Assembly: GCA_009914755.4 (NCBI GenBank)
Contig: CP068257.2
Coordinates: 13,440,001-13,504,000, forward strand
Length of the DNA: 64,000 nt
Source: the human T2T-CHM13v2.0 reference genome, Homo sapiens
Reading direction: 5' to 3'
A program made the position numbers and the translations under genes. The notes beneath the pieces were generated by a model. It was not told where the DNA came from and did not search any database. It saw only the letters and a program-made list of their open reading frames with translations. This document shows positions 53,613 to 64,000 of the stretch, piece after piece. How positions within the stretch are numbered: position 1 is the stretch's first letter; each line of letters begins with the position of its first letter.

Positions 53613-54667
53613 CAGGGAGAAGAGACCAAAAAAATATGGAAAATTAGAAGGAATTGTTGTTAGGATGTCCATGAAACACTGAACTCATATTTATACATTT
53701 TCACTCATTGGTCAGGAATTAAGAATCAAATGGGGTAATCATGTTTGTTTCATCGAATTCAACTTATTCGAAAAAAGAAATTCAACAAACCCTGCATTTC
53801 TCATCTGTAAGCTTAGATTATTATAGTAGATATGACATAGTTTTATTCTTGTATCTTATAGCAATTAGCTATGTAAGCTACAGTCACCTTTGCTTGCACT
53901 TTGTTAAACCTACCTGGAGCAGGTGGCAAGATTCTGGGATCGAGAGGCAGGTGGAGGAGTTGGAAGGGTCAATTCCCGTGTTCTGCCTGGGGTAACTGAG
54001 ACTGAATTTGGAGGCCATGTCTGCAGCCCTGGCTGTCCTGAGTGTGCTGCCAAAGCATCCGACTGCATTGCTTTCAGGGCAAAGGTAATTATGTGTTCTG
54101 GAGAAGCCCTACTACTTTTCAGATTGAGCAAATCCTGAACAGGTGCAGCCCTAATCCAAGGCTTTGGGAGGAGCTGCTGGAGACCCAGCTGCGGGTGCTG
54201 GCACGCTTCCAGAGGAAAGCAGGAAGCAAGAAGACTGTTGCGGGAAGAGCCAAAAGTGCAACGTTTCAGTACCAAAAAGATCGTTGGCACAGAAACAATG
54301 AAATGCATGGCCTGGCCTTTTTTGTCTCCCTGCCATCTTGCTGTAAAATGAGGTGGTCCCTGGAAAGCCCAGCACAGGAAAGCTAGATATATAGAGTCTG
54401 TGGATCATCCAGTGATGACGCTGAACATAAAAGCTGGAGATGTGATGTTTCCAAATAATTTATATTTGTTTTAAATTTCCCTCCTTTTCTTATAAATAAC
54501 CCAAATCCAGATACTAGGATAAATGACTGGATCGCATCCCCTTGTCACGGCAGGCTTGCAAAAATATATTAGGAACGAGGGAGGGCAATGTGCACAGAGA
54601 AGACAGACCTGCTCCTGTACCTTGTCATTTGTACTCCAGTGATGAATTTCTAAACTACGTATTTGAG

Positions 54668-54790
54668 CATGTTAATGAAAAAGAAAAGAGCAAAGGAAAG
54701 AAAAGAGAAGGGGAGAGAGAAAATGACAAAAGAACAGAGGAAAAAAAAACACTAGGCAAAAACCAGAGGAAAATGAGGCAGGAATATTAG
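54668..54790 (+). repeat. Purine-rich (GA/A-rich) low-complexity tract
   Basis: gaaaaagaaaagagcaaaggaaagaaaagagaaggggagagagaaaatgacaaaagaacagaggaaaaaaaaacactaggcaaaaaccagaggaaaatgaggcaggaat. Confidence 0.8.
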
Positions 54791-55635
54791 GTTGGCTAAC
54801 AAAGTACGTTTTGGTCAACCGGCTTTGGCATAAACGGACTTGGTGCCTGGGAAATAAAGCAGATAGGTGAGTGGGGGGCTGAACCACTCTGGAAGATCTA
54901 GATGTGGTTGGGGAATGAGGAATTGTCAGAGAGAATTAGGGGTATTTATTGCATGGTACCCTAGACTGGGCTCCAGGACTGACCCCTTGCTGAATGAGAA
55001 GCTAGACACACAGGCGTTTTTTAAGATTAAAAGAAAAATGAGAAGAGGGTGACTTGGTGTCTGAACTAAGCTCAACTACTCCTAAAATAGACAAAATAGC
55101 CCAGTGGCGAAAGGTTAATTTGTTGGCCCCCAGACCCTGAAGCAAAGCTTCAGAGGGGGCCCCTTTGATCTTTGCTGGTTACTAAATGAATAGCCTGTAG
55201 TCACCACCTCCTGGGTCCCAGAAACCAAAGACTACTTATTGATCAGTATTGAACAAAATTTGGCAATTGAAATAGTAGCAATATATTATCTGGCTTTGGG
55301 GAGGGGGATGGAAGTCTGAGTATTTTCACTAGGACTAGTATGGATTTTGCAGGTGGTCCCTAATGCTTAGCTCACTAACAATCTCACTCTCCCTTTTCTA
55401 GAGCTCAGACCCTCTCTTTAAATAGCTAACCCTTCAGGCTTACTGAGTATCAGTTACTGATTTGTTGAAGTTAACTACAGTGTGTTTATTTGGGAAGGAG
55501 GTTACTTGAACGTGCCCTTAAATTGCTTTGACTTCCAACTGCAACAAAACACGTCTTGGCTTCTTTGGCTGAGGGGATGATGTGTGTGACAGGGGGCACC
55601 ATCAGTTAACTCCAGTGCCACTGTGAGGCTGAACG

Positions 55636-55745
55636 TGCAGAAAAAAAATAAGGAGAGAAGGAAAAAAATGGTAAAGGAAAAGCAGTAAGTGAAAAGGAAG
55701 ATAAAAAATAGAAGAGTTGACATGGTGGGGAGAGGTGAAGTGACA
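55636..55745 (+). repeat. Purine-rich (GA/A-rich) low-complexity tract
   Basis: gcagaaaaaaaataaggagagaaggaaaaaaatggtaaaggaaaagcagtaagtgaaaaggaagataaaaaatagaagagttgacatggtggggagaggtgaagtgaca. Confidence 0.8.
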
Positions 55746-56794
55746 CCAGTCGCTGCCTGGTGTGACATTTAATGGCATCAGGATCACGGTTACCTTCTCT
55801 GAGGGTAAACCAGAGAGCACTGTGCCACCTCTGGAGTCACAATTACAAAGTGACATCTCTGCAAGGGCCAATTTTGAACAGGAGAAAGCCCTCCCCCAGG
55901 GACGATGAGCCCATGGTAGCGGCAGATAGTGCAAACAAGCACAAATGCCCATCCCCATGGCAGGCATAAGGGGGAGAGGGATCATATTTTAAAGCTCCAT
56001 TAACAAAGAACTTTACTCAAGGAGGAACTGTTAATAAGTAATGAAACAAAGTGCCTGTTATGGAGATTAAATGCTCCTGTGTCGAGGTACAAAGTTCAGG
56101 CTGCAAAGTGCAGCTGTCACCCTGTCTATAACCCCACGGCAGCCTTAGAACCCCTGGTTCAAAGTGTGTCTTGCTGCCTTCCTGTTACTAGGCTGCCTAG
56201 TGCAAGGTCCAGCCAGGGTTCACAGTTCAGCGTCTGAGGCTCTGCTGACTGCCTTCTTTGTTTAACTTGGGCAAGCTTTTGATAAGCCAGGGACTGCTTA
56301 TTTAAGGCGATTATTACAAACAACTGACAGATTATTTTCCCAGATTCTTGCACTTATTCTTCATATGCAAGTTTAAACGAGTCCCAAACTATAATTTCTT
56401 GAGGATTTGTGTGTGTACAAAAGTAATCGAGATAAGGATGTGTGAAAGACTAGGTAAAAAAATCTATTTCTAAGGAATAACTATGCTCCAAGCAGACATA
56501 GAAAACCAAGGTCCTTTGAAGTAAGGACTCGTGAGGGCAATTTCAAGACAGGTCAAAGAATTCTCGTCTCTAATGATCAAAGATCAAATAAATACCAGAT
56601 TTACCCTTTAAAATCAAGCGAACCCTTTCCTTGTATAACAGTAGATCAGTGTTAATTCATTTCTGAATAGAGTCTCCCTCTGTAATTGTTCTTTTTATTT
56701 GTCTACTAAAAATTCAGAGGGAAACTCACTTTTTTCAAATAGTTTGCTTTGCTCGACCTAATCCTAGCAAAAGCCACAGGAAGGTGGAAAACCG

Positions 56795-56900
56795 ATAATT
56801 AGTATTCCCATTATGCAGATGAGGAAACAGACTCAAAGAGAGTGGCAATTTGCCCAGGGTCTTCGAGTTAGTTAATCTTACAAAACCAAGACCACAATCC
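56795..56900 (-). mobile_element. MIR SINE fragment in antisense orientation
   Basis: cccattatgcagatgaggaaacagactcaaagagagtggcaatttgcccagggtcttcgagttagttaatcttacaaaaccaagaccacaatccatctc corresponds to reverse-complement MIR (ccattttacagatgaggaaactgaggctcagagaggttaagtaacttgcccaaggtcacacagctagtaagtggcagagccaggattcgaacccaggtc). Confidence 0.65.
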
Positions 56901-57410
56901 ATCTCTTCAGCCTTTCCTCTCAGCACTTGTTTCAGAAGCCCACTGCTTCCTCTTAAGTCCTGACACCAATTCTATTTGAATGGCAGTAGTTCTTTTTCAT
57001 TTCTCACTTTTATGGAAGTGAACGGAGTCTAAGTAAAACACTAGAGGCAGGCAGTTTGGGAAATGTGATATGAAAAAGCACTCCAGGTAAGGTTTAGGGA
57101 AACAGGGCTTGACTTTGTGATGGCCTCGTGCCAGGCACCTGTTATTCATGCTGCTTCTCCTGGCCACAAGTGCCAAGGGGGCAGGATTTTCAGCTAGTTG
57201 CCCAGTGGGTCGTTCAGGGTGCTGCTCCTTCTGGAGATAGCATAGATTAATATTTTACCTCAGAAAGGAGTATAGCTCATTGGTGATACATGAGTGCCCT
57301 ACGGGCTTAGAATTTAGAATAATACTTGCTTATGACGCATAAAAGCAAACTAAGATTTCCTTGTCTCATATTTTCTCTACATTGGCATAGAGTTGAAAAA
57401 TCATCAGCAG

Positions 57411-57747
57411 TTTTTTTTTTTGTTGTTGCTGTTGTTGTTTCGTTTTTGAGACAGGGTCACGCTATGTTGCCCAGGCTGGAATGTACTGGTGTGATGATGG
57501 TTCACTGCAACCAACCTCAACCTCCCAGGTTCAAGCTGGGCTCAATCGAGCCTCCCACCTCAGCCTTCTGAGTAGCTGGGACTATAGGCGCACACCACTG
57601 TGACTGGCTAATTTTTAATATTTTTTTGTAGAGTACGGGGTCTCACTATGTTGCCCAGCCTGGCCTTGAACTCCTGGACTCAGGTGATCCTCCCGCCTTG
57701 GCCCCCTAAAGTGCTGTGATTATAGGCATGAGCCACCACACCTGGCT
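57411..57747 (-). mobile_element. Alu (AluS-like), full length, antisense, with a composite T/GTT-rich tail
   Basis: tttttttttttgttgttgctgttgttgtttcgtttttGAGACAGGGTCACGCTATGTTGCCCAGGCTGGAATGTACTGGTGTGATGATGGTTCACTGCAACC...GGCATGAGCCACCACACCTGGCT. Confidence 0.92.
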
Positions 57748-58027
57748 GCAGGTTTGACTCCATTGGCAGATACATATTAAGGCCTACAATGTCCCAGATA
57801 TTTACTATTAATTTGTAGATGTTTACATACGTAAATATTTTCATAGTTATTGAGCCCACACTGTATGCCATGAAGAAGGCATAGATAGAAATTCAGATAC
57901 ATCCTACTTCTGTCCTCAAAGAGCTTGAACTGTAGTAGGAAGGAAAATGCAAAAATGTACATAGCAGGTGACAACAAAGAGATACAAGCAAAACACTAAG
58001 AGATAGAAAAAAGCAGTGAGAGTAGGA

Positions 58028-58250
58028 AGTGAGTCTTTATTTACTGAGCACCTACTTAGGGCCAGTCTCAAGAATGAATGTTTGACCTATTTTAGGCTTT
58101 TAATCCACACAACCACAGCAGGGAGTAAATATTATCTCCATTTTACAGATAAGTATATTGAAACTCAGAGGGGTTAAGACACTTGTCCAAAGCCATAGAA
58201 CCTATAATGAACAAAAGTGGGTTTGAACCTATTTCTCCAACTGAGCTTCA
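58028..58250 (-). mobile_element. MIR SINE in antisense orientation
   Basis: tttactgagcacctacttagggccag..aatccacacaaccacagcagggagtaaatattatctccattttacagataagtatattgaaactcagaggggttaagacacttgtccaaagccatagaacctataatgaacaaaagtgggtttgaacctatttctccaactgagc corresponds to reverse-complement MIR (cattcattgagcacttactatgtgccaggcactgtgc..aatcctcacaacaaccctatgaggtaggtactattattatccccattttacagatgaggaaactgaggctcagagaggttaagtaacttgcccaaggtcacacagctagtaag..gattcgaacccaggtctg). Confidence 0.8.
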
Positions 58251-59223
58251 TGTAGACAAGCAGATGTTGGAAAAAGAGTCAGAAAAGAAGAGAAAACAAA
58301 TTATTAGAAAGGAAGGAAGACAATAGAGATTTTATTGTATCCTGAATGGCAAGATAGAAGGGATTCTCTGGGTGATGGTAGGTGTGATAGAAGCATGGGG
58401 GCCAGAAACTAAAAAGTGAGGCCTAGACGGGTGGTGAAGTAGAGGAAGCATGGTGGAAGCTCTGAATGTGAACTCCTAATTCTTTTAATACATGGCAATA
58501 GGGAGAAGGGGTCGAACAAGATGCATTATTAAGGTCATCTTTTATGGGCTCCCTGTTCTTTGGACCCATCTACAAAAAAGACTGTACTTTTCTCATGCTA
58601 TGTATATGTTCTTATATTCTTGGAGGATGGCAGCTATCACCTTACTTAAGACACACCCTAACCTAGATCTCTTGCTACAATCTCTCTCTTCAGATATTGA
58701 TTTGTGTTTCCAGGTGCCCATGCAGTGTGTCCAACTGGTCAATTCAGAGACACCAATATCTGCTCCTGCAAACCTGTTCCTTCCCTACATCCCCTACCTC
58801 AGACCATGTCATCCTACCACTTTAGTCTCCCATGTTATCAACCCTGACATTATCTTTGATGCCTTTCTTACCCCCACTCTGTAAATTCAACACATCTCCA
58901 GTCTTCATAGTTTTAACCCTGAAATGTCTCCAAATACATCACCTCCTCTTAATGCCCCTGCTCATACTATGTATTTTTATACCATAGTCTTATGTCATCG
59001 CATATGTGTAAGAGACATACTTTCATATGAGACTTTGGGTCAAGTCTTCATTATCTCTTGTAGTGATAAAAGCATGGTTGATCTAATCTCTGTCCTTCAC
59101 AGTTATACTCCGCTCTGTCTTTCCATTACTACTGTTACTAGAAATGATTTGTAAAGTGTAAAGCAAGTGGAGTCAAATCTGGCAATGCCTCTCTCTTGCT
59201 TTGAAAACATTAATAAAGGCAGA

Positions 59224-59488
59224 GGCCAGGTTCAGTGGCTCACTCCTATAATCCCAACATTTTGGGAGACGGAGGCAAGAGGACTGTCTAGTCTCTACAA
59301 AAAATTTAAAAATTAGCCAGGTGTGGTGGTGCACACCTGTAGTCCCAGCTATTCAGGAGGCTGAGGCAGGAGGACCTCTTGAGCCCAGTAGTTCAAGGCT
59401 GTAGTGCACTATGATTGCACTTGTGAATAGCCACGATGCTCCATCCTGCACAACTTAGCGAGACTCCATCTCTAAAAAGCAAAAAAAC
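59224..59488 (+). mobile_element. Alu (diverged) with an internal deletion of about 50 nt in the left monomer
   Basis: GGCCAGGTTCAGTGGCTCACTCCTATAATCCCAACATTTTGGGAGACGGAGGCAAGAGGACTGTCTAGTCTCTACAAAAAATTTAAAAATTAGCCAGGTGTGGTGGTGCACACCTGTAGTCCCAGCTATTCAGGAGGCTGAGGCAGGAGGACCTCTTGAGCCCAGTAGTTCAAGGCTGTAGTGCACTATGATTGCAC...AGACTCCATCTCTAAAAAGCAAAAAAACA. Confidence 0.88.
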
Positions 59489-60127
59489 AAGCTCTAGTAA
59501 TTCCTATATCTTTACAAAAAAAGTTAGCAAACTAGTGACCATAGACCAACATTGGCCCACAGATTTATTTTATTTGGCTGACACAAGTATGGAATCGTTG
59601 TGTTTTAAATTTGTGTTAGTTGTCAATATTTAAAAGTTGAATATTTCACATAAACATTGAGATTTCTGGCTCTGTTGAGAAATCAAGATCAGTCAGCACT
59701 GGGCAGGACTCCCGCAGAGCAGCCACCAGAATTCCATAGCAGCTGCCTGTTACAGAGGGGCATTCCCTCTCCGGTTTAACCCAGTCCTTACAATCATGTC
59801 ATGCTATAATGGGATGTGAGTGGCACTTTACCTCCATAATGTTTCTCCCCAAAGCCATAAAACCCTCGTCTAATCATGAGAACAACATTAGAAAAACTCC
59901 AAGTAAGGGGCATTGTACAAAATTCTTACCAGCATCCCTCAAAATTGTCAATGTCCTCAAAAACAAAAAAAGTCTAAGAAACTGCCACAGCCAGGAGGAA
60001 ACTTAGTCAATAAATGTAATGTGGTATCCTGGATGAGATCATGGAACAGAAAAAGGACTCTGGGTAAAAGCTAAGAAACTCCAAGTAAAGTATGGACTTT
60101 ATTTAATAATAATGCATCATTAAGTGT

Positions 60128-60430
60128 TTATTTATTCATTTATTTTGAGTGAGAGTCTCACTCTGTCACCCAGGCTGGAATGTAGTGGCACAATCTCAGC
60201 TCACTGAAACCTCCACTTCCCAGGCTGAGCAATTCTCCGGTCTCAGCCTCCCGAGTAGCTGGAATTACAGGCACGTACCACCGCGCCTGGCTAATTTTTG
60301 TATTTTTAGCAGAGATGGAGTTTCACCATGTTGGCCAGGCTGGTCTCAAACTCCTGACCTCAAGTGATCTGCCTGCCTTGGTCTCCCAAAATGCTGGGAT
60401 TGCAGATGTGAACTACCTACCATGCCTAGC
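60128..60430 (-). mobile_element. Alu (AluS-like), full length, antisense, with a TTTA-rich tail
   Basis: tttatttattcatttattttGAGTGAGAGTCTCACTCTGTCACCCAGGCTGGAATGTAGTGGCACAATCTCAGCTCACTGAAACCTCCACTTCCCAGGCTGAGCAATTCTCCGGTCTCAGCCTCCCGAGTAGCTGGAATTACAGGCACGTACCACCGCGCCTGGCTAATTTTTGTATTTTTAGCAGAGATGGAGTTTCACCATGTTGGCCAGGCTGGTCTCAAACTCC...GCAGATGTGAACTACCTACCATGCCTAGCC. Confidence 0.92.
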
Positions 60431-61601
60431 CTATTTGTTTATTCATTGTAACAAATATACTATGCTACTATAAGACGTTAGGGGAAACTGGATATATAGA
60501 AATTCTCTGTACTATATTCACAACTTTTCTGTACGTCTAAATCATTAAAATGTTATTTTTCAAAATAAACTAATGGCAAAAGTAAAATGTAGGCAAGCTA
60601 TTTGTTGACCTCTTTCCATTGTTCTAATGCCTTTGTTTCTCTAGTCTGTGTGTTTTAGTGACTCAGTGATACTACATAAAGTATTATCTTGCACATATAT
60701 GCACACACACATATCATTTCATATATCAATTATCTTTCTTTCATGTGTATAAGTACATACATACATATATGAAAGATGACACTTTATGTGTTTTCACTGA
60801 GTCATCGTCTGTATAGGTATATATTTGGAGATTACTAAAGAGCCAAACGCTTCTGATACCTAAATGAATAAATTTCTACTGGTAAAAATTTAAGTCGTTG
60901 TCGTATCTGAATGTGGAAGATAACTATGGTTGGAGTAGAAACTTCCTAATCATAACAGCAGCCCTGACTTTTATTAAAACATTGAAAAAGGGAAAAGACA
61001 CATGGAAACAGCTGGTTTTGTAGGATGTTGAAGATCCAAAGCAAGAGATACTGCAATTAATCTGTGAGGAAGGAAAAATATTTCTATGATTCTCACAAAT
61101 GCTCACAAATCACTTTCACTTTATTAATTTTATTTTGTAAATCATTCCCTATGGTCACCTCAAGGGGTGCATTGTTCTTCTCTCATTTTTTTCAAGGTGA
61201 AGAAATTTTGGCTGAAAGAGACTCACTGACTTTCCAGAGGTTATCTAGGGATTCATTAACAGAATAAAAATTAGGCTCCAGCTAATGTCACTAAGCCATT
61301 GCTATCCTCTGCATCTTCTTGCTTCCCTCAATCCAAAGAGGTTCTAAATAAGGAGATAACATAATTACATAACTTTAGGGAAAATGCAAATGAACCAAAT
61401 CTGGAGAAAAGATGAAGATAAATTAATCAGAACGAATGAGATAGCTTAGGATTGCATGGTGTTCAGGAGACAGCAAATTAAATTGCCATTTGTAAGGAAT
61501 AAGATAGGGCAATAAGAAAGGCCAGAGATATTCTGTTCTGTACTCAAAGAGGGATAGCATAACCCGAAGACAAAGTAAGGGCACGGTGCTAGTATTAGGA
61601 T

Positions 61602-61920
61602 GGTGCCATTACTTTTTTTTTCTTTTTGAGACGGAGTCTCGCTCTGTCGCCCAGGCTGGAGCGCAGTGGCTCGATCTCCGCTCACTAACCTCCGCCTTCC
61701 GGGTTCACGCCGTTCTCCTGCCTCAGCCTCCCGAGTAGCTGGGACTACTGGCGCCCGCCACCACGCCTGGCTAATTTTTGTATTTTTAGTAGAGACGGGG
61801 TTTCACCGTGTTAGCCAGGATGGTCTCGATCTCCTGACCTCATGATCTGCCCACCTCGGCCTCCCAAAGTGCTGGGATTACAGGCATGAGCGACTGTGCC
61901 CGGCCGGTGCCATTACTTTT
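61602..61920 (-). mobile_element. Young AluY, full length, antisense and CpG-rich. The body is at about 61617-61905, flanked by a perfect 15-bp target-site duplication GGTGCCATTACTTTT at 61602-61616 and 61906-61920.
   Basis: ggtgccattactttt(T)nCTTTTTGAGACGGAGTCTCGCTCTGTCGCCCAGGCTGGAGCGCAGTGGCTCGATCTCCGCTCACTAACCTCCGCCTTCCGGGTTCACGCCGTTCTCCTGCCTCAGCCTCCCGAGTAGCTGGGACTACTGGCGCCCGCCACCACGCCTGGCTAATTTTTGTATTTTTAGTAGAGACGGGGTTTCACCGTGTTAGCCAGGATGGTCTCGATCTCCTGACCTCATGATCTGCCCACCTCGGCCTCCCAAAGTGCTGGGATTACAGGCATGAGCGACTGTGCCCGGCCggtgccattactttt. Confidence 0.95.
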
Positions 61921-64000
61921 AATGGCAAAAACAGCAACTGCTTTTGCAGCAACCTAATAGTAAACGTGCTGAGGCCGCATCTATTCTGGGGGACTCATTT
62001 TGGGGTCCATGAACACAAAACGTGCAGACTTTTTGGAAGAACGCCAAGAAATAACATATGCAGATAATATGTGAAGGACTCGGGCTGCTTTCCTCACTGT
62101 CCGTCAAGTTCTGAAGACAAAATTATGCCAGATGGAATTGGTTTAGCCAGCTGAATAACTCAGGTGGGAGGTCTGTGTAGACATGTTTTGTTCAGTTTTT
62201 GTTGCCTTCAATTTTTGATATGGAAGGTTCTGTTTGGATGGGGATAACCATACATGTGTGTGAAATAAGTGACTTACTGTCTACAAGGTATAGCCCCAAA
62301 ATTTCTATCTTGGACCCACAGTGATATCATTTTCTCTGTGGCCTGATAGTCCCAGCATGAGAGAAGGAACGACTTGGGAATTAAAAAAAAAAAAAAACAA
62401 AAATCACTGCAGAAAGTGTGATTTCCGAAAAGGCATAGGTAAAACTCTCTTTACATTATTGGAGCAAGACCTTCTGGTGCTCTTCCTCAGAGCATCTTCA
62501 CAAGGTTGTTTATGAACGGATCCCACTGACATCCTGGGATTCACAGAAGAGTGCTTGGTGTAAAGAGATGCCATTTGCATTATGCTCGGGTGATCTTTAA
62601 TCAATGTTTTTTTCTATCTGACAGAAGGGGCAATATCCATCTACCTCTAAAGGCAGGCAGAGCTGAGTGATGTCATCATGAACTGATGGCAGTAGGTAGG
62701 AGAAATCTCTCCCAGGCACAGGTGATACCTAAGAAAGTGAGTAAATTCTACTTTTGTAGACAATGGCTGCTGAGTGGAGACAAGGGAAGTTTGTATTGAG
62801 CAGGGTAGGAGAACTGAGAAGAATCTAACTTTACCTACTTTACTCTGCCTTCACCCTGATGACCAGGGAGGTGAGAGCCATGTTTTGCCCTTCTTATCTC
62901 CCCTTCCACCTTTTAGTATCAACATGATCTCCCCTCAAAGCCAATGCCCTCTGAGGGGAATGACTCAGCCCCTACTCTGCTATAACAATATGAACATTTG
63001 TCAATACAATTAATATTCTAAATGGATGGATCCATGCTTTTTCTCTTCCCCTAGCACTGTTGGAATAACAGTATCTGGAAAAAGTAATGTAAACACTCAA
63101 AAGAATGATTTCAAAAAAGAAATACAGAAATTGCCACAATCTAAGACACTTTCATTTCAACCAGAAAGGAGACCAAGGACATTAAAAAAAAATTTGAGGC
63201 TGAATTGAATGATTAAGTCTTGGCAAATGTCTTTTGACACCAAGAAGGATGTGGGGAAAGGGAGTTTTAAAGAAAACTTGCAGTTAGAGAGTCTAGAGTG
63301 AGAATTAGAGGTTCTGGGATGAAAAAGGGCATGAAGGATTTGTCAAAGCCAAAGGATAAATGAGCTGATTTGGGAAGGGAGAGGAAACTCTCTATTTCTT
63401 TCTTTGTTCTTTGCTTTGGGCCTGGAAAGAGGCAGAAACCCATTCTCAAAGAATGTGAATGTAGTTCTTTCATGTTTCTATCACATTTTTTGTCCTTTTT
63501 TTGGATGAACCATTTGAATGCTTACAAAAATCTACTTCTGCATTGCATAACTCAAGACTTGAAACCAAAGATGTCTGGAAGCCAAGAACTCATTTTCTTA
63601 TTTAGGACATGAAAGCCCCAGGTACACAAGATCTTACATTTATGATATGGAGAAAAATCTATAATGCTTATGTTTATTATTTGATTTCTACCATTTCCTA
63701 ATTTTTCAATTTTAATTGACATTGGTATGACTTGACATGGCAAGAACAAGGGACTAAGTATACCAAACTAGCACTTCGTTTAGTATTGATATGTATAACC
63801 ACAGCGGCTGTAATAGCACATTGCCTCAGATTTAGTTGAGAGCTGAAGAAATTCTCTGCAGCCTCAGAACAAGAATTTATTAAATCTTTTTTAGAGGGGT
63901 ATTACCAGACACAAATGTCAAGTCAAGGAACAAAGGGACTAATCCAAATTCACAAAGAATTTGACTGGCTGTGTCTCCTGAACCCGTGACTTCCTCCAGC

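Larger units (their letters stand above)
53900..56400. other. Unique (non-repeat) block that is GC-richer and retains CpGs; a candidate conserved non-coding, regulatory or lncRNA region. I have no specific function to assign.
   Basis: I recognise no interspersed-repeat consensus here. CpGs are frequent compared with the flanks, for example ccgactgc, gcgggtgctggcacgc, tgcgggaag, caacgttt, atcgttgg, gtcgctgc, cacggtta, gacgatga, agcggcag, tgtcgagg, ccacggcag, agcgtctg, ggcgatta. Overlapping ORFs of 100-130 aa on both strands indicate low stop-codon density, not coding. A donor-like AAAG|GTAATT lies at 54081-54090. Confidence 0.3.

Noticed and set aside
53232-53663. Longest ORF in the window (143 aa, + strand)
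   Set aside because: It spans the (GT)17 microsatellite, translated as CVCVCVCV, and low-complexity T-rich sequence. It has no start context and no codon periodicity. It is a chance ORF in non-coding DNA.
53910-54408. Mutually overlapping ORFs of 85-132 aa on both strands, suggestive of a gene
   Set aside because: Sense/antisense ORF pairs of similar length indicate low stop-codon frequency in GC-richer DNA, not coding. I keep the region as a candidate non-coding element and do not call a CDS.

Overview
This window is mammalian, almost certainly human or hominid, nuclear DNA. It is AT-rich, CpG-depleted and repeat-dense, and looks like intergenic or deep-intronic sequence from a gene-poor region.

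What I can support directly from the sequence:
- 17 Alu SINEs, about 5 kb in total. They include three CpG-rich, near-consensus AluY copies; one of these has a perfect 15-bp target-site duplication.
- Several MIR SINE fragments.
- At least four MaLR-type solo LTRs (THE1/MST/MLT1-like).
- Old L1 fragments.
- Numerous microsatellites: (GT)n, (CA)n, (TA)n, a compound (TCTA)n STR, and GA-rich polypurine tracts.
- A few local duplications.

What I looked for and did not find:
- No ORF exceeds 143 aa. Every long ORF lies in an Alu, an L1 relic, a simple repeat or GC-richer non-coding sequence, so I call no protein-coding gene.
- No tRNA, rRNA or snRNA genes, and no CpG island.
- Nothing prokaryotic: no CRISPR array and no operon structure.

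I do not see a novel biological system here. The most notable regions are:
- A templated insertion flanked by 32-bp direct repeats, whose insert copies a segment about 2 kb upstream.
- A unique, CpG-retaining block at about 53.9-56.4 kb that could be a regulatory or lncRNA element.
- A compound tetranucleotide STR.
- A young AluY with intact target-site duplications.
- A MaLR LTR nested inside a MIR.

All repeat family names are from memory of consensus sequences. None of the coordinates have been aligned.
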